From Candidatus Zixiibacteriota bacterium (GTDB taxonomy: Bacteria; Zixibacteria; MSB-5A5; GN15; FEB-12), in contig JBGSIV010000275.1 of NCBI GenBank assembly GCA_041742355.1, positions 1 to 21,854 on the forward strand: DNA of 21,854 nt, given 5' to 3'. Both the position numbers and the translations under genes were made by a program. A model generated the notes under the pieces. The model saw only the letters and a list, made by a program, of their open reading frames with translations, had not been told where the DNA came from and searched no databases. Shown here piece by piece: positions 10,923-18,430 of this stretch (positions within the stretch are counted from its first letter, which is position 1; each line of letters starts with the position of its first letter).

Positions 10923-10932
10923 GATAGATCCG

Positions 10933-10948
10933 AGCAAACATTGTGCCT
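10933..10948 (-). promoter_or_regulatory. Sigma-54 (-24/-12) promoter
   Basis: Minus strand AGGCAC-AATGT-TTGCT matches TGGCAC-N5-TTGCW with exact GG-N10-GC spacing. Confidence 0.7.
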
Positions 10949-11119
10949 GCCCGGGAATTTCGGCGGGAACGTGGTTACATCTACTAACCTCTTTTACGTC
11001 AGATGGTTCCAATCGCGCCATGATTCTTCACAAAGATCCGTGCCGCCTCTCTGTTCATTCGTCAGCTTCTGTCATGCATCACCGTGCATACAGCATTCTG
11101 CAGAGAGCGCGATACAGGC

Positions 11120-11153
11120 AAAAGAAAGGCCGAAAGGTATGCACCTTTCGGCC
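11120..11153 (-). terminator. Intrinsic terminator of trxB
   Basis: Perfect 11-bp stem GGCCGAAAGGT/ACCTTTCGGCC with a 4-nt loop, then TTTCTTTT on the minus strand. Confidence 0.85.
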
Positions 11154-11176
11154 GGAAGGTTCGCCGGGCGGTCCGC

Positions 11177-12133
11177 TTAGACGAGTCGAGCCGCCTTCTT
11201 GTCTTCGAGCTGCTCGATGTATTTCTCGGCCGCTACGGCGGCGGTAGTGCCATCGCCGACCGCGTTGGTGATCTGGCGGACGAGCTGGGCGCGGACATCG
11301 CCGCAGGCGAAGATCCCCTGCAGCGAGGTCTCCATCTTCTCGTCAGTGATAATGTAGCCGCCCTGATCCTTGCGGAGCGGTTCGCGAGTAATGTCAGAAT
11401 TCGGTTTGAAGCCAATGAACGGGAAGCAGGCGCCGACCGGGAGCGTCGAGACCGCGCCGGTCTTGATGTTTTTCAGCGTGAGGTTCTGAATCTTGCGGCC
11501 GTCGCCGTTGATCGATTCGACCACGGTGTCCCAGATGAATTCCATCTTGGGGTTGTCGAACGCGCGCTGCTGGATGATTTTCTGGGCGCGCAGTTCGTTG
11601 CGGCGGTGGATGACGTAGACGCGGGAGCCGAACTTGGTGAGGAAATTACCTTCCTCGACCGCGGCGTCGCCGCCGCCGACGACGGCGATGACCTGGTCTT
11701 TGAAAAACGCGCCGTCGCAGATGGCGCAGTAGGAAACGCCGCGCCCGGTGTACTCGTATTCGCCGGGGACGCCGAGTTTGATGGGGGAGCCGCCGGTAGC
11801 GAGAATGACCGCTTTGGCGCGGTAGATGTTGCCGGAGGCGCAGGCGACAATTCGCTCGTCGCCGTCGCTGTAGATTTCGTCGACTTCTTCAGAGCCGATT
11901 TCCAGGCCGAACTTCTTGGCGTGGTCGGCCATGCGCATGGCCAGCTCGGATCCGGCGATCAGGTCAAAGCCGATGTAATCCTCGACTTCGCCGGTGTTGG
12001 CGATCTGCCCGCCGGGGAGGTATTTTTCCAGGCATATCACTGTGCGCCGGGCCCGGGCGCCGTACAGGCCGGCACACAATCCGCCGGGCCCCGCGCCCAC
12101 AACCACGATATCGTACTCGAATTCTTTCGCCAT
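11177..12133 (-). CDS. trxB: Thioredoxin-disulfide reductase
   Basis: GAGPGG FAD motif; GRGVSYCAICDG active site; GGGDAAVEE; IHRR; GIFACGDV; 318 aa. Confidence 0.96.
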   Translation of the reverse strand: MAKEFEYDIVVVGAGPGGLCAGLYGARARRTVICLEKYLPGGQIANTGEVEDYIGFDLIAGSELAMRMADHAKKFGLEIGSEEVDEIYSDGDERIVACASGNIYRAKAVILATGGSPIKLGVPGEYEYTGRGVSYCAICDGAFFKDQVIAVVGGGDAAVEEGNFLTKFGSRVYVIHRRNELRAQKIIQQRAFDNPKMEFIWDTVVESINGDGRKIQNLTLKNIKTGAVSTLPVGACFPFIGFKPNSDITREPLRKDQGGYIITDEKMETSLQGIFACGDVRAQLVRQITNAVGDGTTAAVAAEKYIEQLEDKKAARLV

Positions 12134-12274
12134 TGTAACCTCGTCAGCTGTTTTCTCACACGCGTTTGATGTCAGGCTTCACCGGTATCCGGCGACCGGA
12201 CCCATGCCCTCACGGGACATTACTGCATAACACCGGGACTCGTTCCGGGTTCACGGAATTTGCGGCCCATGAGT

Positions 12275-12832
12275 CTACCAGTCAATGCCTTTCTGGGCCA
12301 GGACCCCTTTCTGGTAGGGGTGTTTGACCTCGCGCATTTCGGTCACGAGGTCGGCTTTGTCCATGAGCCAATCGCGGGCGCCGCGGCCGGTGATGACCAG
12401 GTGCTGCGCGTCGTCGCGGGCGGCGAGAATTTCCTCTATTTCGTCGTCGGTCACCAGGCCGAGGTCCGCCGCGACGTTGAGCTCGTCGAGGATTATGAGG
12501 CGGTGCCGTCGGGAACGAATCGTTTCGAGGGCGAATTCCACGCCTTTGCGGGCGGCGGCCCGATGTTCCTCGAAATCCTTGGTATCGTCGACGATACCGA
12601 CAAACCCCTCCCCCACCGTGTGGAGTTCCACGTTGGGTTCGAGGCGTTTGACGCCTTTGAGCTCGCCGTACTTCCAGGAGCCCTTGACGAACTGGATTAT
12701 GCTCACGTTCCAGTTATACCCGACGGCCCGGACACACATGCCGAGGGCGGCGGTAGTTTTTCCCTTGCCGTTGCCGGTGTAGACGATGAGCAGCCCTTTT
12801 TCGGGCTGTTTGGCCCGGTCATCCGCGGTCAT
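12275..12832 (-). CDS. cobO: Cob(I)yrinic acid a,c-diamide adenosyltransferase (CobA/CobO/BtuR)
   Basis: YTGNGKGKTTAALG, QFVKG, ILDEL, VITGR, ADLVTEM..KHPY..G..AQKGIDW; start set at ATG 12832. Confidence 0.95.
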   Translation of the reverse strand: MTADDRAKQPEKGLLIVYTGNGKGKTTAALGMCVRAVGYNWNVSIIQFVKGSWKYGELKGVKRLEPNVELHTVGEGFVGIVDDTKDFEEHRAAARKGVEFALETIRSRRHRLIILDELNVAADLGLVTDDEIEEILAARDDAQHLVITGRGARDWLMDKADLVTEMREVKHPYQKGVLAQKGIDW

Positions 12833-12969
12833 AATCTTTCCGATCCTTGTACCGTTGAAAGTTCCTTTCGGGCAAGTTAGTACAATCATGCGGAAAGTCA
12901 AATGGCTTTGGCGCAATACTTACGACAAAACAAAATCGGTAGATTTGTCCTTTTTAAAGCACATTTTAT

Positions 12970-12998
12970 TTGACTAATCTGTCGATGATTACTATACT
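12970..12998 (+). promoter_or_regulatory. Sigma-70 promoter of the Rrf2 gene
   Basis: TTGACT-N17-TATACT, near consensus. Confidence 0.75.
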
Positions 12999-13082
12999 GA
13001 ACCGAACAAATGAGGTTCAACTTGTCGCCTTACGGTAACCGACGGCAGGTAACCGAGACAGCCATTGCGAAAGAAGGAAGCC

Positions 13083-13508
13083 ATGCAGTTCACCAAAGCC
13101 GAAGAATACGGCATTCACGGCGTGCTCTACCTCGCCGAGCGGAATGACTCGGCTGTGACGCCCCTGTCGGAGATTTCAGAGGCTAAAGACATCCCGGAGA
13201 AGTTTCTGGCCAAGATTTTCCAGTCACTCTCCCGGGCCGGGATCGTCCGTTCCCATCGTGGTGTCCGCGGCGGGTTCACCCTTGCCAAAGCGCCCGGTGA
13301 GATCACGGTGAAAGAGGTCCTGGAAGCGATTCAGGGGCCGTACCACCTCACGAAGTGCATTAAAGACGACCAGATCTGCGAGCGTTCGGAGTTCTGCGCC
13401 CTGCGGCAACTGCTGCGCGCGGCGGAAGATCGTCTGGTCGCGGTTTTCGAAGAACACACGGTCGCCGATCTCCTCGCGGCTGACAAAGCACGGGTTCACG
13501 TTATCTAA
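13083..13508 (+). CDS. Rrf2-family transcriptional regulator (three Cys, likely Fe-S binding)
   Basis: MQFTKAEEYG; IPEKFLAKIFQSL; VRSHRGVRGGFTLA; EAIQG; C-x6-C-x5-C; AAGGAAG RBS. Confidence 0.93.
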   Translation: MQFTKAEEYGIHGVLYLAERNDSAVTPLSEISEAKDIPEKFLAKIFQSLSRAGIVRSHRGVRGGFTLAKAPGEITVKEVLEAIQGPYHLTKCIKDDQICERSEFCALRQLLRAAEDRLVAVFEEHTVADLLAADKARVHVI

Positions 13509-13529
13509 CCGACACTGAAAAAAACACAG

Positions 13530-13565
13530 TTTCTGGTTTACATCCAGAAATCAGGGCCGTATCTT
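13530..13565 (+). promoter_or_regulatory. Putative dcd promoter with overlapping palindrome
   Basis: TTTACA(13537)-N17-TATCTT(13560); TTTCTGG-N7-CCAGAAA (13530-13550) brackets the -35. Confidence 0.5.
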
Positions 13566-13605
13566 CCCGCTTGTGAATTTATGAACAAGGAGAGGATTCG
13601 GCCCG

Positions 13606-14160
13606 ATGCCGGTTAAGCCCGATCGATGGATCATACAGATGGCTCAGCATCATCAGATGATTGAGCCATTTGCGCCCGAACAAGTGCGCTCGGGCATCAG
13701 TTTTGGCGTCTCCTGCTACGGCTACGATTTCCGCCTGTCCGACGAGTTCAAGATTCCCGATTTCACCCGAATCCAGCGGCTCGATCCCAAGCAGCCCTCC
13801 CCCGAGTGCTGGGATGATGTCAGGGCTGACATGGTCGAGATACCGGCCAACTCCTTTGTCCTCGGACGGTCGCTGGAGTATTTCCGCATACCCCGCGACG
13901 TGATAACGATATGCACCGGCAAATCGACCTACGCCCGCTCCGGCCTGATCGTGAACGTCACGCCGTTCGAGCCGGAGTGGGAGGGTTTTGCGACGTTGTC
14001 GCTGTCGAATACGGCGCCGGTTCCGTTGCGGCTCTACGCCGGCGAGGGAATCGCGCAGCTGCTGTTTCTCGAGGGGTCCGAGCCCTGCCTGCAGTCGTAT
14101 AAAGACAAACAAGGCAAGTATCAGAGCCAGAAAAATATTACGTTTTCCCGGTCGGAGTAA
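13606..14160 (+). CDS. dcd: dCTP deaminase
   Basis: [56 protein letters not shown]. Confidence 0.95.
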   Translation: MPVKPDRWIIQMAQHHQMIEPFAPEQVRSGISFGVSCYGYDFRLSDEFKIPDFTRIQRLDPKQPSPECWDDVRADMVEIPANSFVLGRSLEYFRIPRDVITICTGKSTYARSGLIVNVTPFEPEWEGFATLSLSNTAPVPLRLYAGEGIAQLLFLEGSEPCLQSYKDKQGKYQSQKNITFSRSE

Positions 14161-14213
14161 GTGCCGATAGAGGTGTCCGAAGGGAAAAAGAGAGTGCCAT
14201 ACACAGGAGTCTT

Positions 14214-17200
14214 ATGATGCCGCACGAAGCTGTAACATCGATGGAAGAGAAGAAAGCGAAGACGCCCGGGCCCCAGAAGCGGCGCATGGTTACAATTGAC
14301 GGTAATTCGGCCGCGGCGTATGTCGCGCATGCGACCAACGAAGTTATCGCCATCTACCCGATTACGCCGTCCTCCAATATGGGTGAGATTTCCGACGAGA
14401 AGTCGGCCAGGGGTGAAAAGAACATCTGGGGCATCGTGCCCGAGGTGATCGAGATGCAGTCGGAAGGGGGCGCCTCGGGCGCCGTGCACGGCGCGCTGAC
14501 GACGGGCGCCCTGACGACGACGTTCACCGCCTCGCAGGGCCTCTTGCTCATGATCCCGAACATGTTCAAGATCGCGGGCGAGCTGACGCCGACGGTGTTC
14601 CATGTGACGGCCCGTGCGGTCGCATCGCACGCCCTGTCGATTTTCGGCGACCACTCCGACGTGATGGCCACCCGCTCGACCGGTTTCGGCCTGATGGCCG
14701 CCGGCTCGGTGCAGGAAGTCATGGACCTCGCGCTCATCACCCAGGCCGGGGCGCTCGAGTCGCGCGTGCCGTTCGTGCACTTCTTCGACGGCTTCCGCAC
14801 CTCGCACGAAGTCCAGAAAGTGGAAGAGATCACATTTGACGATATGCGGCGGGTACTCGACGCCGGCACGATCATGGCGCACCGCCGGCGGGCCCTCACC
14901 CCGGACAATCCGACAATCAAGGGGACCTCGCAGAACCCGGACGTCTTCTTCCAGCACCGCGAGACGGTCAACCGGTACTACGCGGCAGCCCCGGCGATCA
15001 TGCAGAAGGCGATGGACAAGTTCGCCTCGGTCGTCGGCCGCGCCTACCACCTGTTCGACTACTTCGGCCATCCGGAAGCGGATCGGGTCGTGGTCATCAT
15101 GGGCAGTGGTTCCGAGGTTGTCCATGAAGTGGTCGACGCGCTCGTCGCCAAGGGCGAGAAGATCGGCGTGATCAAGGTTCGCCTGTACCGCCCGTTCTCG
15201 GTCGAGCACTTCGTCAAGGCGCTGCCGAAGACCGTGCAGCGCATCGCCGTTCTCGACCGGACCAAGGAAGCCGGCTCGGTGGGCGAGCCGCTCTACACCG
15301 ACATCCAGGCGGCCCTTCGGGAAGCGCTGGATAAGGGGATCGCGCCGTTTGCGCACCACCCGCTGGTGGTGGGCGGCCGGTACGGCCTGGGTTCGAAGGA
15401 GTTCAACCCGGGCATGGCCAAAGCGGTGTTCGACAACCTCAAGGCGCAGACGCCCAAAGATCATTTCACCGTCGGCATCAACGACGACGTGACTCATACT
15501 TCGCTCGAACCCGACCGCAGTTTCGATCTGGAAGGAAAGAACTTCCGCGGGCTGTTCTACGGGCTCGGTGCGGACGGCACGGTCGGGGCGAACAAGAACT
15601 CGATCAAGATTATCGGTGAGAACACGGACAACTACGCCCAGGGCTACTTCGTGTACGATTCGAAGAAGTCCGGCGCGATTACCGTCTCCCACGTCCGGTT
15701 CGGCAAGCAGCTCATCCGCAAGCCGTATTTGATCAGCTCGGCCCAATTCGTGGCCTGCCACAATTTCTCGTTCCTCGAGAAGTACGACATGCTCTCCCCT
15801 CTCGTCGAGGGCGGGACATTCCTGCTCAACGCGCCGTACGGCCCGGACCAAGTTTGGGATGCGATGCCGCGCGAGGTGCAGAAACAGCTAATCGACAAGA
15901 AGGCGCGCTTCTTTGTGATCGATGCCATCGCACTGGCCAAGGAACTCGGCCTGGGCGCCCGCATCAACATGATCATGCAGACGGCCTTCTTCTTCATCTC
16001 CGACATCCTGCCGCAGGATGAAGCGATCGCCGCGATCAAGCATGCGATCGAGAAGACCTACGGCGCCAAGGGTGAGAAGGTCGTGAAGATGAACTACGCG
16101 GCGGTGGACGGCGCGGTGGGCGCGCTCACCGAGGTCAAGTACCCGAACAAGGTGACCTCGAAGCTCAGCATGCCCCCGATCGTCCCGAGCTTCGCTCCCG
16201 AGTTTGTCAAGACGACGACGGCCGAGATTATCGCCGGCCGCGGCGACGACCTGCCGGTTTCGGCGTTCCCGGATGACGGGACGTATCCGACGGCCACGAC
16301 GCAGTACGAGAAGCGGAACATCGCGGTCGACATCCCGGAGTGGGACAAGAGTATCTGCACCCAGTGCAATATCTGTGCGATCGTGTGCCCGCACGCCGCC
16401 ATTCGTCCGAAGGTATTCGACAAGGAGCAGGTCGCGCATGCGCCGGCCGACTTCCTGTATGTCGAAGCGAAAACCAAGCAGCTGGCCGGCAAGTACTACG
16501 CCCTGCAGGTTGCGCCTGAAGACTGCACCGGCTGCGAAGTCTGCGTGAACGCCTGCCCGGTCGAGGCAAAGGACGAGAACGGGAACAAGACGGGGCACAA
16601 GGCGATCAACATGACCCTGCAGGCGCCGATCCGCGAGCGCGAGCGCAGGAACTGGGATTTCTTCATGAACGAGCTGCCCGAAAATGACCCGAGTCTGTTC
16701 CGTCTGGACACAGTCAAGGGCTCGCAGTTCGTCCGCCCGCTGTTCGAATTCTCGGGCGCCTGTTCGGGGTGCGGCGAGACGCCGTACCTGAAGCTGATGA
16801 CGCAGCTGTTCGGCGACCGGGCGATCTGCGCCAACGCCACCGGCTGTTCGTCGATTTACGGCGGCAACCTCCCCACCACGCCGTACTGCCGCCGTGCCGA
16901 CGGCCGCGGGCCGGCCTGGTCAAACTCGCTGTTCGAGGACAACGCCGAGTTCGGGCTGGGTATGCGCCTGACGGCCGACAAGCTGCATGACTACGCACTT
17001 CACTTGCTCAAACGGCTGGTGCCCGACATGTACGAGGCGATAGCGAACGCCGACCAGACCGAGCAGGCCGGTATCGAAGAGCAGCGCGCGCGGGTCGAAA
17101 CCCTGCTGGCGAAGCTGGCCACGATGGGCAGCGACGAAACGGTCCAGACGCTCCAGAGTATCGCCTACTACCTCGTCAAGAAGTCGGTGTGGGTCATCGG

Positions 17201-17846
17201 CGGCGACGGCTGGGCGTACGATATCGGTTTCGGCGGGCTGGATCACGTGCTGGCGTCCGGTAAGAATATCAACCTGCTGGTGCTCGACACCGAGGTGTAT
17301 TCGAACACAGGCGGCCAGATGTCCAAGTCGACGCCGCGCGGATCGGTCGCGAAGTTCGCCGCGGCGGGAAAGCCGGCCGGCAAGAAGGATCTCGGCCTCA
17401 TGATGATGTCCTACGGGACGGTCTACGTGGCCCAGGTCGCGCTCGGCGCCAGCCACGGTCAGCTGGTCAAGGCGATGGTCGAGGCGGAGAAGTACAACGG
17501 TCCGTCGATCATCATCGCCTACAGCGCCTGTATCGCACACGGAATCGACATGGCCCACGGGATGGATCAGGAGGACAAGGCGGTCCAGTGCGGTCACTGG
17601 CTGCTCTACCGCTACAATCCGGAACTGGCCGAGCAGGGAAAGAACCCGCTCCAGCTCGACTGCAAGGCGCCGTCGATTCCGTTCTCCGAGTACGCCTACA
17701 ACGAGATCCGGTTCCGTTCGCTCAAGGCGATCGATGCCGAGCGGGCGAAGATGCTGCTTGAACTCGGGCAGCAGGACTGCGACCGTCGGTGGAGACTGTA
17801 CTCGCAGCTGGCGCAGATGGATTACTCGCTGCCTGAGAAGAAATAG
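14214..17846 (+). CDS. nifJ: Pyruvate:ferredoxin (flavodoxin) oxidoreductase, single-chain
   Basis: YPITPSS, MQSEGGASGA, GLGADGTVGANKN, two CxxCxxCxxxCP motifs, ACSGCGETPY, GGDGWAYDIG (TPP); start 14214 or 14217 after AGGAG. Confidence 0.97.
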   Translation: MMPHEAVTSMEEKKAKTPGPQKRRMVTIDGNSAAAYVAHATNEVIAIYPITPSSNMGEISDEKSARGEKNIWGIVPEVIEMQSEGGASGAVHGALTTGALTTTFTASQGLLLMIPNMFKIAGELTPTVFHVTARAVASHALSIFGDHSDVMATRSTGFGLMAAGSVQEVMDLALITQAGALESRVPFVHFFDGFRTSHEVQKVEEITFDDMRRVLDAGTIMAHRRRALTPDNPTIKGTSQNPDVFFQHRETVNRYYAAAPAIMQKAMDKFASVVGRAYHLFDYFGHPEADRVVVIMGSGSEVVHEVVDALVAKGEKIGVIKVRLYRPFSVEHFVKALPKTVQRIAVLDRTKEAGSVGEPLYTDIQAALREALDKGIAPFAHHPLVVGGRYGLGSKEFNPGMAKAVFDNLKAQTPKDHFTVGINDDVTHTSLEPDRSFDLEGKNFRGLFYGLGADGTVGANKNSIKIIGENTDNYAQGYFVYDSKKSGAITVSHVRFGKQLIRKPYLISSAQFVACHNFSFLEKYDMLSPLVEGGTFLLNAPYGPDQVWDAMPREVQKQLIDKKARFFVIDAIALAKELGLGARINMIMQTAFFFISDILPQDEAIAAIKHAIEKTYGAKGEKVVKMNYAAVDGAVGALTEVKYPNKVTSKLSMPPIVPSFAPEFVKTTTAEIIAGRGDDLPVSAFPDDGTYPTATTQYEKRNIAVDIPEWDKSICTQCNICAIVCPHAAIRPKVFDKEQVAHAPADFLYVEAKTKQLAGKYYALQVAPEDCTGCEVCVNACPVEAKDENGNKTGHKAINMTLQAPIRERERRNWDFFMNELPENDPSLFRLDTVKGSQFVRPLFEFSGACSGCGETPYLKLMTQLFGDRAICANATGCSSIYGGNLPTTPYCRRADGRGPAWSNSLFEDNAEFGLGMRLTADKLHDYALHLLKRLVPDMYEAIANADQTEQAGIEEQRARVETLLAKLATMGSDETVQTLQSIAYYLVKKSVWVIGGDGWAYDIGFGGLDHVLASGKNINLLVLDTEVYSNTGGQMSKSTPRGSVAKFAAAGKPAGKKDLGLMMMSYGTVYVAQVALGASHGQLVKAMVEAEKYNGPSIIIAYSACIAHGIDMAHGMDQEDKAVQCGHWLLYRYNPELAEQGKNPLQLDCKAPSIPFSEYAYNEIRFRSLKAIDAERAKMLLELGQQDCDRRWRLYSQLAQMDYSLPEKK

Positions 17847-17850
17847 TGCT

Positions 17851-17928
17851 CCGGTAGGTCAGGCACGGCTCTGCGTGCCTGACGTGTTTGGTTCGCTCAA
17901 GCACCCGGAGCGGTGCTTGACCTACCGG
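17851..17928. repeat. Inverted pair of GTAG-type REP elements (REPIN-like)
   Basis: GTAG-GTCAGGCAC-N8-GTGCCTGAC on plus and GTAG-GTCAAGCAC-N8-GTGCTTGAG on minus; outer ends CCGGTAGGTCA/TGACCTACCGG are perfectly complementary. Confidence 0.75.
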
Positions 17929-17943
17929 CAGAACGGCTGATAC

Positions 17944-17987
17944 AAGACGTGCGGTTGGGTGCAAGCCTGACCGCACGTCTTCATTTG
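17944..17987 (+). terminator. Long hairpin, probable terminator after nifJ
   Basis: 17-bp stem AAGACGUGCGGUUGGGU-GCAA-GCCUGACCGCACGUCUU with a GNRA loop and G-U pairs on the plus strand, followed by CAUUU. Confidence 0.6.
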
Positions 17988-18074
17988 CCTGCTTCACCCC
18001 TCCCCAACAAACGTTGCGCGGGGTGGAGGACTATGCGTATTATGGAGAGAACCTTCTCGCAGAAAGGGACGTTC

Positions 18075-18326
18075 ATGCTCAACATTCTCTGGTATATCAT
18101 TGTCGGGTTCTTTGCCGGGCTGATCGCCCGGGCAGTGCTTCCCGGCGCAGACCACATGGGGTTTTTCGCCACCACGGCGGTCGGGATAGTCGGCGGCATA
18201 ATCGGCGGCTTCATCGGCGACCGGTTCAGCAAGAAGGACCGGGACGCGAAGTTCAAGCCGGCGGGGTTCTTCATGTCGATTATCGGGGCGGTCGTGCTGC
18301 TGTTGATTTTGCGTCTGCTGCGGTAG
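18075..18326 (+). CDS. GlsB/YeaQ/YmgE-family (transglycosylase-associated) small membrane protein
   Basis: MLNILWYIIVGFFAGLIARAVLPG...GIVGGIIGGFIG...SIIGAVVLL; 83 aa; AAAGGGA RBS before ATG 18075. Confidence 0.9.
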   Translation: MLNILWYIIVGFFAGLIARAVLPGADHMGFFATTAVGIVGGIIGGFIGDRFSKKDRDAKFKPAGFFMSIIGAVVLLLILRLLR

Positions 18327-18327
18327 G

Positions 18328-18360
18328 AAAAGGGTGCGACTGGTTCGCGATCGCACCCTT
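18328..18360. terminator. Hairpin between convergent genes
   Basis: 10-bp stem AAGGGTGCGA(18330-18339)/TCGCACCCTT(18351-18360). Confidence 0.6.
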
Positions 18361-18430
18361 ACACTATTCATTGATTGCGCTGCCGACCCGCCGACCGCCG
18401 AATGCCGGTTTGCACGGCGAGGATTCTGTT

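Noticed and set aside
10829..10926. Plus-strand GGA motifs suggesting a CsrB/RsmZ-type RNA
   Set aside because: Promoter, U-tract and G-U pairing all point to the minus strand, and the GGAs are not in hairpin loops.
10848..11180. 110-aa plus-strand ORF preceded by GGAGGGGG
   Set aside because: No protein features; it crosses the sigma-54 promoter and trxB terminator; the apparent SD is the complement of the sRNA C-rich tract and lies too close to the ATG.
12216..12245. Possible ECF-type promoter (TGAAC-N17-GTT, minus strand) upstream of trxB
   Set aside because: Match too short and degenerate to support.
12833..12935. Cobalamin riboswitch upstream of cobO
   Set aside because: No B12-box or GGGAA core motifs, and the region is short and AT-rich.
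14121..15851. 576-aa minus-strand ORF (and similar ORFs opposite hppA, trxB, cobO and dcd)
   Set aside because: Antisense shadows of well-supported genes.
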